Positions 35,093 through 44,675 of a stretch of 64,000 bases of DNA are shown here, one piece after another (the first letter of the stretch is position 1; every line of letters starts with the position of its first letter). The position numbers were made by a program, and so were the translations under genes. Under the pieces are notes generated by a model. That model searched no databases. It saw nothing but the letters and a program-made list of their open reading frames with translations, and was not told the DNA's origin. Origin of the DNA: an uncultured bacterium (GTDB lineage: Bacteria; Hydrothermota; Hydrothermia; UBA1063; CAJXJZ01); assembly GCA_913055745.1 (NCBI GenBank), contig CAJXJZ010000002.1:57564-121563 (forward strand). Direction: 5' to 3'.

Positions 35093-35593
35093 CTATCTCT
35101 CCCAGATCACTCTAAGAAATTTTTGATCCTCAGAAAATTTTATTTCAAGTTCCCCTTTATGTGCTCTCTTTATGGCCTTTCCTAATCTTGATGCAAGGCC
35201 TTCTGTGGTAGTTTTGATGACGATGAAACCATTTTTATCATCTTCTATGGACATTATTCTTGAGAGTGGATTACTTCGTTCTTCTTTCTCGGCTTCATGG
35301 CGAATAAGGTTTAAGATCTCATTTTTGTGAGATGCGTCTTTTAGATAATCTCCTTTAAGATGAATTACACCCAGGGGATAATTGTCTTTTATTTTTCTAC
35401 ATGCTGGGCAATCTTTGTAATCAACACTCCCTTCTTTTTCAATCTGTTTTTTTAGATTATCGTCTTTTTTCCATGTTTTTTCATGATAAACAAGACCACA
35501 TGTAGGACATATTGTAGGGTCTTTATATTGAGTTTTATCAATATACGGGTCCTCTATTTTGAAATTAAGTCTTTTATCTCGCCTGTCTTTCAT
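35093..35593 (-). CDS. Zinc-ribbon hypothetical protein (CPTCG…CPAC), 166 aa
   Basis: Two CxxC pairs 30 aa apart; basic/acidic lysine-rich; no family recognised. Confidence 0.45.
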   Translation of the reverse strand: MKDRRDKRLNFKIEDPYIDKTQYKDPTICPTCGLVYHEKTWKKDDNLKKQIEKEGSVDYKDCPACRKIKDNYPLGVIHLKGDYLKDASHKNEILNLIRHEAEKEERSNPLSRIMSIEDDKNGFIVIKTTTEGLASRLGKAIKRAHKGELEIKFSEDQKFLRVIWER

Positions 35594-35632
35594 CTTTACC
35601 TCCTTAAGTGTTGTAATTTTACTGTATATGCT

Positions 35633-36838
35633 TTACTTATTCAACTCATCTTTCACTAACTCAGCAAGACGTCTAATACCTTCTACTATATCATCTTCCT
35701 TTGCATTGGAGAAGTTAAGGCGCAATGTGTTAAAGCCCTCGCTTCTTCCAGGATAAAAAGCAGCGCCTGGCACAAATGCTACTTTCTTAGAAACGGCTTT
35801 ATCAAGAAGTTCATAGGTATTAAACTTTTGTGGCAAACTCACCCACAAGAATAGTCCGCCCTGAGGCCTTGTCCATTTAATTTCAGGATGTTTTGGCATA
35901 TAATCTTCTAAGGACTTGAGCATTAAATCCCTTCTTCTTTTGTAAAGTGCCCTTATTTTCTTTACATGCTCTCTCAAAATACCGCGTGAACAAAGGTCAT
36001 ATACAAGCCATTGATCTAAGGTAGATGTATGAAGATCTGCTCCCTGCTTTGCCTGAGTTATCTTTGTCAAAATGTCCTTAGGTGCTGTTATCCAGCCAAT
36101 TCTTGTCCCAGGGGCAAGGGTTTTGGAGAATGTTGAAAGATAAATAACCCTTTCTTTCATCAAAGTGATTAAAGGAACAAGGTACTTACCCTCAAATCTT
36201 AACTCACCATAGGGGTCATCTTCTATAATAAGTGTATCATACTTATCAGCCAATTCTACTATCTTTTTCCTTCTTTCCTCACTTATAGTAACGCCTGCTG
36301 GATTATGAAAGTTAGGCAGTACATATATAAATTTAACCTTGTGATTTTTTAGATGTTCCTCAATTTCCTCAACTATCATCCCATCATCATCCATATTCAC
36401 GGTAAGATACTTTGGTTTAAAGGGAGTCCATGCAGATAAGGCACCAAGGTATGTGGGTTTTGAAGTAATAATATAATCTCCTTCATCAATAAAAACCTTG
36501 CCAACTAAGTCTAATGCCTGTTGTGAACCAGTGGTAATCTGAATATTTTCTACTTCTGCTGGAACATTGTATTTTTGCATATACCCAGCAAGGAATTCTC
36601 TAAGAGGGGTAAAACCCTCTGTTGTTGAGTATTGGAGCATCACCTCTCCATGCCTTGGAAGGAGGTATCTTGCTGCCTCCTCAAATTCCCTCACAGGAAA
36701 GACCTCAGGAGCGGGTAGCCCACCAGCAAATGAGATTACATCAGGCTTTTCTGTGAGTTTCAAGAGTTCCCTTATTTCTGAGGCCTTCATTCTTTTTGCC
36801 TTATTTGATAGGAACTTATCTATGTTTACTTTATTCAT
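35633..36838 (-). CDS. PLP-dependent aminotransferase, class I/II (aminoadipate/aromatic aminotransferase-like)
   Basis: Fold-type I motifs, PLP lysine in YLSTFSKTLAPGTRIGW; 401 aa. Confidence 0.8.
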   Translation of the reverse strand: MNKVNIDKFLSNKAKRMKASEIRELLKLTEKPDVISFAGGLPAPEVFPVREFEEAARYLLPRHGEVMLQYSTTEGFTPLREFLAGYMQKYNVPAEVENIQITTGSQQALDLVGKVFIDEGDYIITSKPTYLGALSAWTPFKPKYLTVNMDDDGMIVEEIEEHLKNHKVKFIYVLPNFHNPAGVTISEERRKKIVELADKYDTLIIEDDPYGELRFEGKYLVPLITLMKERVIYLSTFSKTLAPGTRIGWITAPKDILTKITQAKQGADLHTSTLDQWLVYDLCSRGILREHVKKIRALYKRRRDLMLKSLEDYMPKHPEIKWTRPQGGLFLWVSLPQKFNTYELLDKAVSKKVAFVPGAAFYPGRSEGFNTLRLNFSNAKEDDIVEGIRRLAELVKDELNK

Positions 36839-36855
36839 GATAGACTTCCCTCCTT

Positions 36856-37950
36856 TTAGGTTTTCTTTTGAGTTTTTAATGTTATCTCTCCCTTTTTTAT
36901 TTCTTTCATAAGGCTCAAGAATGCATCATAAACGATTTCTGGCTTAAGTTCTTTAAGACATTTAAAATTAAGCCCCATAGGGCATGTAAGGGGCCTTGGC
37001 GAATAATAAAAACATGGGCTACATGGGAGGTTAAGCCTTGCAATCCTATGTGGCGTTTTCCATGGTGAAACCCATGTGGGATTTGTAGGTCCAAATATTC
37101 CCACAACGGGCAACCTTAGGGCTGATGCAAGGTGCATGAGGCCTGAATCATTGCTTATAAACGCATCCATATATTTCATAATTGAAGCAGTTTCGCGAAT
37201 GCTTTTTGTATCAACAATAATAGATTTTGTGCTGTTTTGAAGATTTTTGTGAATAAACTCTTTTAAAGGACGCTCTTCTGGACCTCCAAATATAAATATT
37301 ACCGCACTTTTATTGAATTCTCCAAGCATTTTACACAGTTTTACAAAATGTTCAAGTGGCCATCTTCTTTTATCGTGGTTTTTAAAAGAACTCGTTCCAG
37401 GATGTATACCTACTTTAAATGCATCCTTGTATGGTGCTATATATTCTGAACCAAAATGAAGTTCCTCTTGGGTTAAAAATAATTGCAGAGGATAAATCTT
37501 GGGTGATGTGATATTGAAAAACCTGAGTAGGTTGATGTTCTCTTCCACTACATGAAGAGAATAGTCTTCTTTTATTTGCCATGATTTCAAGAAATTAAAA
37601 TTTAATGGGCTGTTTTTAATGTATTTATGCCCTATGATCTTTTTGGGAAGGAGCATAAAAGCGAAAAGATTGTATTCTCTTCTATTAGAGGGATAGAAGT
37701 TAATGACCACATCAAATTTCCTTATATATTTTCGGATAAACATAAAGGTTTCAATTTTGCTCTTCTTAAGCATAGGAAAATAAACGATATCATCTATATA
37801 AGGGTTATTCAAAAGCACATCCCGTGTTGTGGGGAAAAAGGTAAAAACTGTTATGTTATAATCAGGGTATGTTTCCTTTAATACTCTGAGGGCAGGAGTG
37901 AACAAAAGTGTATCACCAATACCATACAAAGGGGATATTCCTATTTTCAT
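36856..37950 (-). CDS. Glycosyltransferase family 9 (LPS heptosyltransferase-like) with C-terminal Cys-rich tail
   Basis: GT9 N-terminal GIGDTLLFTPALRVLK and C-terminal HLASAL…PVVGIFGPT motifs; extra C-terminal CSPC…C…C segment. Confidence 0.7.
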   Translation of the reverse strand: MKIGISPLYGIGDTLLFTPALRVLKETYPDYNITVFTFFPTTRDVLLNNPYIDDIVYFPMLKKSKIETFMFIRKYIRKFDVVINFYPSNRREYNLFAFMLLPKKIIGHKYIKNSPLNFNFLKSWQIKEDYSLHVVEENINLLRFFNITSPKIYPLQLFLTQEELHFGSEYIAPYKDAFKVGIHPGTSSFKNHDKRRWPLEHFVKLCKMLGEFNKSAVIFIFGGPEERPLKEFIHKNLQNSTKSIIVDTKSIRETASIMKYMDAFISNDSGLMHLASALRLPVVGIFGPTNPTWVSPWKTPHRIARLNLPCSPCFYYSPRPLTCPMGLNFKCLKELKPEIVYDAFLSLMKEIKKGEITLKTQKKT

Positions 37951-38002
37951 GTATCCTAAAGTTTAAAACCAAATGTCCGAATTTTCAACTATAAGGTTAT
38001 GC

Positions 38003-38031
38003 TTGTTATTCCGCTTACTATAAATTATAAT
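38003..38031 (+). promoter_or_regulatory. Sigma70-like promoter TTGTTA-17-TATAAT for metG; predicts leaderless or near-leaderless transcript
   Basis: TTGTTA 38003-38008, 17-nt spacer, TATAAT 38026-38031; ATG at 38039 has no Shine-Dalgarno. Confidence 0.35.
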
Positions 38032-38038
38032 TTATCCT

Positions 38039-40021
38039 ATGAAAAAGATACTCGTAACATCTGCTCTACCTTATGCAAATGGTCCATTACATATAGGACA
38101 CATAGCAGGTGCTTATCTTCCTGCAGATATATACACAAGGTATCAGAAATTAAGGGGTCGTAATGCTATTCATATATGTGGAACGGATGAGCATGGTGTG
38201 GCTATTACCATAAGGGCGGACAGAGAGGGCAAAACGCCAAAAGAGATAGTGGACTTTTACCACGAAAGAATAAAAGAAGACTTTAGGCTAATGCGTATAG
38301 AGTTTGATAACTTCTCCCGTACCACTTTGCCACTTCACTATGAGACAGCCAAAGAGTTCTTTTTAAGACTGTACGAAAAGGGGTATATAAGTAAAAAAGA
38401 AACCGAGCAGTATTATTGCCCAAACTGTAAGAGATTCCTACCAGATAGATATGTAGAAGGGACATGCCCTTATTGTGGATATGAAAAGGCAAGAGGAGAC
38501 CAGTGCGATAACTGTGGTAGATGGCTTGAGCCAAAGGAACTTATAAATCCAAGGTGTGCCATTTGTGGCACGACTCCTGAACTGAGAAAGAGTTTCCATT
38601 ACTACTTGCTTTTAAGCAAACTAGCGCCTAAACTTAAAGCATATCTTGATACAAAAAAGTCTTATTGGAAGCCCGAGGTTATAGGACTTGCTCTTTCCTG
38701 GATAAGGGAAGGACTAAAGGATAGGGCTATTACAAGGGACCTTAGTTGGGGAGTACCTGTGCCATTAAAAGAGGCTCAAGGAAAAGTCCTCTATGTGTGG
38801 TTTGATGCACCCATAGGGTATATATCCTCCACCAAGGAGTGGGCCATTAAAAAAGGAGATCCAGACCTTTGGAAAGAATGGTGGCAAGACAAAGAAAATA
38901 CAAAACTCGTGCATTTTATAGGAAAGGATAATATTGTTTTTCATGCTTTAGTTTGGCCTTCTATGCTCCTGGGACATGGCGATTATGTTCTTCCAGACAA
39001 TGTGCCAGCCAACTACTATCTCAATCTTGAGGGTTCAAAGATTTCAACTTCAAGAAATTGGGCTATATGGATAGGTGACCTTGCCAGGCTTTATCCAGCA
39101 GATTATATTAGATTTGCTCTTACCTACTCAATGCCAGAAACGAAAGATTCCGACTTTACTTTTGCAGATTTTAAAGAAAGGATAAACAATGAACTTGTCA
39201 ATAACTTTGGCAATTTTGTAAATAGAACTTTGAGTTTCATAGTAAAGTATCTTAAAGGAAGAGTAGGACCACTTACAGATAAAGGAAGTGGGGAAGATGC
39301 CCATATACTCTCTCTTGTGGAAAAAGCACCTTATGAGCTCGGTAATCTCATTGATACATATAATTTTAGGAAAGGCCTGAAATATATCATGGAACTTTCT
39401 GCCAGTGGAAACAGGTATTTTGATAAGATGGCTCCATGGATAAGTAGAAAACAAGACCTAAATCGCACAAAGAGAACGCTTTCTGTATGTTATGCCCTCA
39501 TTCGTACGCTTTCTGTTTTAATAGAACCTTACCTTCCAGATTCGGCACAAAAAATAAGAAAGATGATAAAGAGCAACCTGCGCAATTGGGAAAAGGCAGC
39601 AGATTGGAGCATTCCAACAGAGATTGAGATAGAAAGGCCAGAAGTCCTTTATAAAAAGGTAGAAGAAGAAAAGATAGAGATTAAGGAGGAAAAGATGGAT
39701 TATATAACATTTGATGAATTCAAAAAACTCATTATTAAAATAGGAAGTATAAAAAATGCTGAAAAAGTTGAAGGTGCTGATAAACTATTAAAATTAACTG
39801 TAGATTTAGGTGATAAGGAAATTACCCTTGCGGCCGGTATAGCAGAATACTATGAGCCATCAGAACTTATTGGTAAACAGATACCTGTATTAGTAAATCT
39901 TGAGCCCAAGAAAATAAGGGGTATTTTATCACAGGGTATGATGCTTGCTGCAGATGAGAAGGGACGCCCTATACTATTGCACCCTGAGAAAGAGGTGAGG
40001 CCTGGCTCAAAGGTGCGCTAA
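38039..40021 (+). CDS. metG: Methionyl-tRNA synthetase with C-terminal tRNA-binding (EMAP/Trbp111-like) domain
   Basis: HIGH (PYANGPLHIGH), KMSKS-equivalent (KISTS), zinc knuckle CPNC…CPYC…CDNC…CAIC, C-terminal OB-fold; 660 aa. Confidence 0.95.
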   Translation: MKKILVTSALPYANGPLHIGHIAGAYLPADIYTRYQKLRGRNAIHICGTDEHGVAITIRADREGKTPKEIVDFYHERIKEDFRLMRIEFDNFSRTTLPLHYETAKEFFLRLYEKGYISKKETEQYYCPNCKRFLPDRYVEGTCPYCGYEKARGDQCDNCGRWLEPKELINPRCAICGTTPELRKSFHYYLLLSKLAPKLKAYLDTKKSYWKPEVIGLALSWIREGLKDRAITRDLSWGVPVPLKEAQGKVLYVWFDAPIGYISSTKEWAIKKGDPDLWKEWWQDKENTKLVHFIGKDNIVFHALVWPSMLLGHGDYVLPDNVPANYYLNLEGSKISTSRNWAIWIGDLARLYPADYIRFALTYSMPETKDSDFTFADFKERINNELVNNFGNFVNRTLSFIVKYLKGRVGPLTDKGSGEDAHILSLVEKAPYELGNLIDTYNFRKGLKYIMELSASGNRYFDKMAPWISRKQDLNRTKRTLSVCYALIRTLSVLIEPYLPDSAQKIRKMIKSNLRNWEKAADWSIPTEIEIERPEVLYKKVEEEKIEIKEEKMDYITFDEFKKLIIKIGSIKNAEKVEGADKLLKLTVDLGDKEITLAAGIAEYYEPSELIGKQIPVLVNLEPKKIRGILSQGMMLAADEKGRPILLHPEKEVRPGSKVR

Positions 40022-40024
40022 CTC

Positions 40025-40915
40025 TTGAAAAAGAGCAGCCTATTCGTCATATTTTTTTTAAGTGTAGTAAGTTGTAGTCATAAAAGTCCTGTAAAAGAGA
40101 GCAAAGACCTTGTAAAAAAAGGTGAGTACAAAAAGGCAATAAAGTATATAAGAGAGGTATCAAAAGAGACATCTTATTCAGAGCAGGATGAGTTAAATAT
40201 CTTGCTGGGCATAAGCTATTTGAGGACAAGGAAATATGGAAAAGCAAAGGACATACTATTTTCTTTGTCTCCCAAGAGCGCGAGCCTTAAAAAACTTCTG
40301 AGTAAAGCACTTTTAGAATTGGGAGATAGCGCAAGGAAGATTGGTTATACAAAGATGGCAGAGCAGTCTTATGAGATAGCCCTCGTTAATGACCCCGAAA
40401 TAAAACTCGGAAGGCGTTACTTATTACTCATAAATCAGTCATATGGGATGGGTGATTGTGAACTTGTTGTGCGGTTTTCTGATAAGTATATTGGTGAGAC
40501 ACAAGATACCCAGAGTGTTTTTACAAAATATGTAGAATGCCTTTATGAAGATGGAGAATGGGACAAAATTGACTCCCTCAAAGAGTATTTTATATCCCAT
40601 AGGCGCATAGATGATTTGGGATGGGCATTGGGAGACGCCCTATACAATATTGCTGTATCTAAACTAAGTATGGGTTTTGTAGAAGATGCAAAAGATGTGC
40701 TTCTTGAATTTACAACTAAGATAAGGTCTCCTCACATATTAATGGATGATGCGTATTTTCTACTTGGAGGTATATATGAGGAGATGGGATATCCTGATAG
40801 TGCTCTTTCTATGTACTATAAATGTATGAAAGAGAGTTTAACGAATAGATCACCTCTTTATAAAGCATCCACTAGCAAGGTTAAGGCATTGAAAGATGAG
40901 ATGGGCCTTCATTAG
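40025..40915 (+). CDS. TPR-repeat lipoprotein
   Basis: Lipobox FFLSVVSC after TTG start; helical TPR-like repeats; 296 aa. Confidence 0.5.
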   Translation: MKKSSLFVIFFLSVVSCSHKSPVKESKDLVKKGEYKKAIKYIREVSKETSYSEQDELNILLGISYLRTRKYGKAKDILFSLSPKSASLKKLLSKALLELGDSARKIGYTKMAEQSYEIALVNDPEIKLGRRYLLLINQSYGMGDCELVVRFSDKYIGETQDTQSVFTKYVECLYEDGEWDKIDSLKEYFISHRRIDDLGWALGDALYNIAVSKLSMGFVEDAKDVLLEFTTKIRSPHILMDDAYFLLGGIYEEMGYPDSALSMYYKCMKESLTNRSPLYKASTSKVKALKDEMGLH

Positions 40916-40969
40916 TCTAACATTTGTGCTTTTTTTTTAGGTTGTCATAGAGAAGGAAAAAGGCCACTT

Positions 40970-42484
40970 TTGCCCACAGAGAATAAAAAGTCCCTTGATT
41001 CTTTACTCCTTGACCTTTCAAAAAAGTATTATAAGAGCGAAAAGAAGGCACGAGGTGCGCTTTTTGTACGGGTTGACTTGCAAGAAAGAAAAAAGATAAA
41101 TATTGTTTTGAAAGGTGCCGCTTTGATAAAGGATGCACGAGGTAATGTGATAAAGTTAAGTAACAAGAGTTTCAGTTTTATATATGATGGTAATGGAAAA
41201 GAGGATATGTTGTATTATGCTATCCTTCTTATATCTTCTGATAGACATGAGGCGATGGGTTTAGCAAATACTTATGAAAGAGAGGGTTATAACATAAAGG
41301 TTAAAGAGAGAAAAATTGGCAATCTCCCAGTGCAGTACATCTTGTATACAGGACCATTTAAATGCATGAAAGACCTTAGAGAAAAGTCGCCATCTCTTGT
41401 AATAAAGGTTGTAAAGCAAATAGGAAATGCAATGGATACTCCTTTGTTATTTGTTATAGATGGAAAGAAATATACACTATATGGAAGGATAAAGATAAAA
41501 AACAGTGGTATAATTACATTAAAAGGCGTAAATAATTCAAATGACCTATATTCTGGAGCCACCTCATCAACTATTATTAAGAGAGATGTAGAGATTATCC
41601 CATTACAATCAAAACTTAGGATAGTATCTTGTATGCCTATTGAAGAATATGTACTCGGTGTGGTTAAATCAGAGATAGGTGAGGATGCGCCCCATGAAGC
41701 AAAAAAGGCTCAAGCAGTGGCAGCAAGAACAAACATTATAAGAAGATTATGGAACAGTTCTGGGTTTTCCGACTATGATATTAAAAGCGATGTATTTTCA
41801 CAAGTGTACAATGGTTCTGAAGATTATAGCAAGGAAACAAAGAGGGCTGTTGTTGAGACATCAGGCAAGATACTGACTTATGATGGAAAGCCCATAGAGG
41901 CATTGTTCCATGCCATGTGTGGAGGGCATACAGAGAATTCAGAGAATGTATGGTCTTCATATGTGCCTTATTTAAGAGGGGTTCTTGATGAGGGTAAAGG
42001 GCATAGAAGTTTTCCATTGAGCAATGAAAAGATGGTAAGAAGATGGATAGATGCCAGTCCTGACGTGAATTGTAAAAAATATGGTGGAAGGTACTGGCGA
42101 TGGCAATTTAAATACACACCTTCGCAACTTGGCCACATAGTCAGCGTAAAAACAGGTAAGTACATAGGAAAAGTGATAGATATAAAGGTTTTAGAAAGGG
42201 GGATCTCAGGTAGGGCAAAGAAGATAGAAATTTTAGGGACTCTTGGTTATGTAGTGGTAAATAAAGACCTTGATATAAGAAGAGCGCTTTCCTGGACATC
42301 ACTTCCATCTTCCCTCTTTTATGTCAAAAAACACGCTGGCAACTTTATAATTATTGGTAGGGGTTTTGGTCATGGCGTTGGTATGTGTCAGATTGGTGCT
42401 ATGGGTATGGCAGATAAGGGATATGACTATAAAGCAATATTAAAACACTATTACAAAGATGTCAAGCTGGAAAAGATATATTGA
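40970..42484 (+). CDS. SpoIID/LytB-domain protein (peptidoglycan-associated)
   Basis: Central SpoIID-like region (…VAARTNIIRRLWN…EALFHAMCGGHTENSENVW…); 504 aa; start uncertain. Confidence 0.65.
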   Translation: MPTENKKSLDSLLLDLSKKYYKSEKKARGALFVRVDLQERKKINIVLKGAALIKDARGNVIKLSNKSFSFIYDGNGKEDMLYYAILLISSDRHEAMGLANTYEREGYNIKVKERKIGNLPVQYILYTGPFKCMKDLREKSPSLVIKVVKQIGNAMDTPLLFVIDGKKYTLYGRIKIKNSGIITLKGVNNSNDLYSGATSSTIIKRDVEIIPLQSKLRIVSCMPIEEYVLGVVKSEIGEDAPHEAKKAQAVAARTNIIRRLWNSSGFSDYDIKSDVFSQVYNGSEDYSKETKRAVVETSGKILTYDGKPIEALFHAMCGGHTENSENVWSSYVPYLRGVLDEGKGHRSFPLSNEKMVRRWIDASPDVNCKKYGGRYWRWQFKYTPSQLGHIVSVKTGKYIGKVIDIKVLERGISGRAKKIEILGTLGYVVVNKDLDIRRALSWTSLPSSLFYVKKHAGNFIIIGRGFGHGVGMCQIGAMGMADKGYDYKAILKHYYKDVKLEKIY

Positions 42485-43541
42485 GTATCTTAGAAAGACA
42501 GCAAGGGTAGATGGAGCGTATCTTGCATCCTCAGAATATATCCCATATAAAAGGGTATGGCTTAGAGATCACTCTATGATAAGTTATCTCCTCCTCCAAA
42601 TGGGGTATGATATACAATCTGAAATAAACTGGATTTCTACATTACTTGCCAAAGAGCATAATAAAGTAAAAAGAATATTATCCATACCAAAAGAAAGTCC
42701 AGAATTTTATAAAGATGAAAACCATCCGAGAGCGAGATATTCAGCCAAAATGCAAAGATATAATGAAGATTGGCTTGAGCGGCAGTATGATGGTATTGCG
42801 TTATCTATGTTATTACTTATTGAATATCATCTACGTTCTGGTGGTAAAATACCCTCTTTTTTAAAAGACTATCTTGACTATCTTTTTTATGTTTATGATA
42901 CTCCGTGTGCATCCTTATGGGAAATGCACGAAGAGTATCTTCATGCATACACTGTAGGTCTTATAGCCTACACATTAGAAAGGGCTTCTCTAATTTATCC
43001 AGGTTTTTTAGAAAAATCAGAGTATGTAAAAGACTTTTTCTTTTCACGGTTTCTCGTAAATAATGAGATAAAGGCTATGACGAATCTTAGAAAATATGGT
43101 ACATGTTCATCTGTTTTACTCTTAATTACGCGATTTGATATATTTAAAAACAAGGTATCTTTAAAAGACCACATTTTTGACAAAATCCAGGAGAAACTCT
43201 CTCCCTGTGGTATTGGATTATACAGGTTTATCATAGAGGAGAAAAATGAGAAGGATACATATTTTGGCGGAAATCTTTGGTATATTACCACTTACTGGAA
43301 GGCAAATTATCTATTGAATAAAAGGCGTCTTCGGGAAGCTCAGGATATACTGTCCTGGTATGTTGATTTTCCACTTGGAGAACAGATTAAGGATACAAGG
43401 TATATCTTAGATAAGAACATGTATTATTGGTGGATTGAAAAAAGCAAGAAGGAAAACAATGGTATCCCCGGGCCTGCGAGTGCACTATCTTGGAGTATTG
43501 CTGAGAGGGCTTTTCTTGAGTATAAGATGGAAAATCTATGA
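42459..43541 (+). CDS. Glycoside hydrolase family 15-like (alpha/alpha)6-barrel protein
   Basis: GH15 signatures YKRVWLRDHS (YxxxWxRD) and LWEMHEEY (LWEE-type catalytic Glu); 360 aa. Confidence 0.5.
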   Translation: MSSWKRYIEYLRKTARVDGAYLASSEYIPYKRVWLRDHSMISYLLLQMGYDIQSEINWISTLLAKEHNKVKRILSIPKESPEFYKDENHPRARYSAKMQRYNEDWLERQYDGIALSMLLLIEYHLRSGGKIPSFLKDYLDYLFYVYDTPCASLWEMHEEYLHAYTVGLIAYTLERASLIYPGFLEKSEYVKDFFFSRFLVNNEIKAMTNLRKYGTCSSVLLLITRFDIFKNKVSLKDHIFDKIQEKLSPCGIGLYRFIIEEKNEKDTYFGGNLWYITTYWKANYLLNKRRLREAQDILSWYVDFPLGEQIKDTRYILDKNMYYWWIEKSKKENNGIPGPASALSWSIAERAFLEYKMENL

Positions 43542-44648
43542 AGAGGGTCATAGTCATTGTTATCATATTCAGGTTATATGACCTTTTGTTACCTTACATG
43601 CTTTCAAAAACTTCTCTCCCATTTAATAAAACAGTGTATCTTTCTATATTTCACTGGCCTTCTTTTGATGTAATAAACGCTGAATCTTATTACAAAACCT
43701 TTGATAGCCAACATTATCTCTATCTTTCAGAAAAATGGTATACCAAATATCCATCACAGCATAATGCCTTTTTCCCTCTCCTTCCATTTTTATCAAAATC
43801 TTTTCATTTTTTACTAAGTCTTATTTTTGGTCAGGGATGATTTTTGTAAACATTATCTCTTTGTTAGGCCTTTATTTGTTTTATATTTACTTGGACACTG
43901 ATGAACAAAAAAAGGTGCCGGTTTTTTGCTTCTATTAACTTTCCCATATTCTTTCTTTTTTAGCCGTATATATACTGAATCCCTCTTTTTCCTGTTGATT
44001 TTGCTTTTGATGTATGGGTTCAAAAGGGGCATAAAATGCCTTATTTTCATTGCATCCCTTTTATTGCCACTTTCAAGACCACAAGGGGTGATAATAGGCT
44101 TAGCAGTTTTTTTCATGTATATTTTTGAAAAGAAAAGGCGTAAGTTGTTTGTTTTGAGTTTTTTGGGGTTTTTAATGGGAAGTGTCTTATATCTTTTGAT
44201 TATGTACTTTTCTACAGGGGATATATTAGCAGCACTACATGCACAGAGTTTATATCCAAGAGTAAATCCTATTAAAATGCTTATAAATCCATATAGATGG
44301 CTAAAAGAAAACTTTATCTATCCTTCATATGCCCTTAGGTATCTCGGCATTGGTAATTTTATTAATGAGCGTATCATATTTTTGTTTTTCTTGTTGACCT
44401 TGATTTTTGGAAAAAAATACCTTTTATTGGGCGAGTACATATTGCTTATAACGTTGGGCCTTTTTTCGGCACTAACTGACCATTTTATGTCATTTTCAAG
44501 GTTTCTTTTGCCTTTATTCCCTTTTTATATTGTCCTGTGGGGCATGCTGAGAAATAAAAAAATTTTGTATTATCTTGTTCTGACGTTTTTTGTTATTGAT
44601 CATTTTTTACTTTTAACATTACATTCTCTATCTTATTTTGTTGGATAA
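43538..44648 (+). pseudogene. PIG-V-like (GT76) polytopic mannosyltransferase split by two frameshifts (frames 2 -> 1 -> 0); possible pseudogene or homopolymer sequencing errors
   Basis: ORF 43538-43840 carries the PIG-V-family-like motif HNAFFPLLPFL. Frame +1 is open 43801-43935 and encodes a TM helix (MIFVNIISLLGLYLFYIYL). ORF 43926-44648 continues as a multi-TM protein. Frame junctions coincide with the T6 run at 43806-43811 and the A7 (43907-43913) and T6 (43922-43927) runs. Confidence 0.5.
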
Positions 44649-44650
44649 AA

Positions 44651-44675
44651 AACCGCCTTTTAAGGCGGGTTTTTT
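44651..44675. terminator. Bidirectional rho-independent terminator between convergent genes
   Basis: aaaaaaCCGCCTTttAAGGCGGgtttttta: 7-bp GC-rich stem, flanked by A-run and T-run; T-run overlaps stop codon of minus-strand gene. Confidence 0.6.

Noticed and set aside
43853-44116. 87-aa minus-strand ORF across the PIG-V-like frameshift region
   Set aside because: Lys/Arg-rich translation of the antisense of a membrane-protein gene; no RBS; overlaps the better-supported plus-strand gene.
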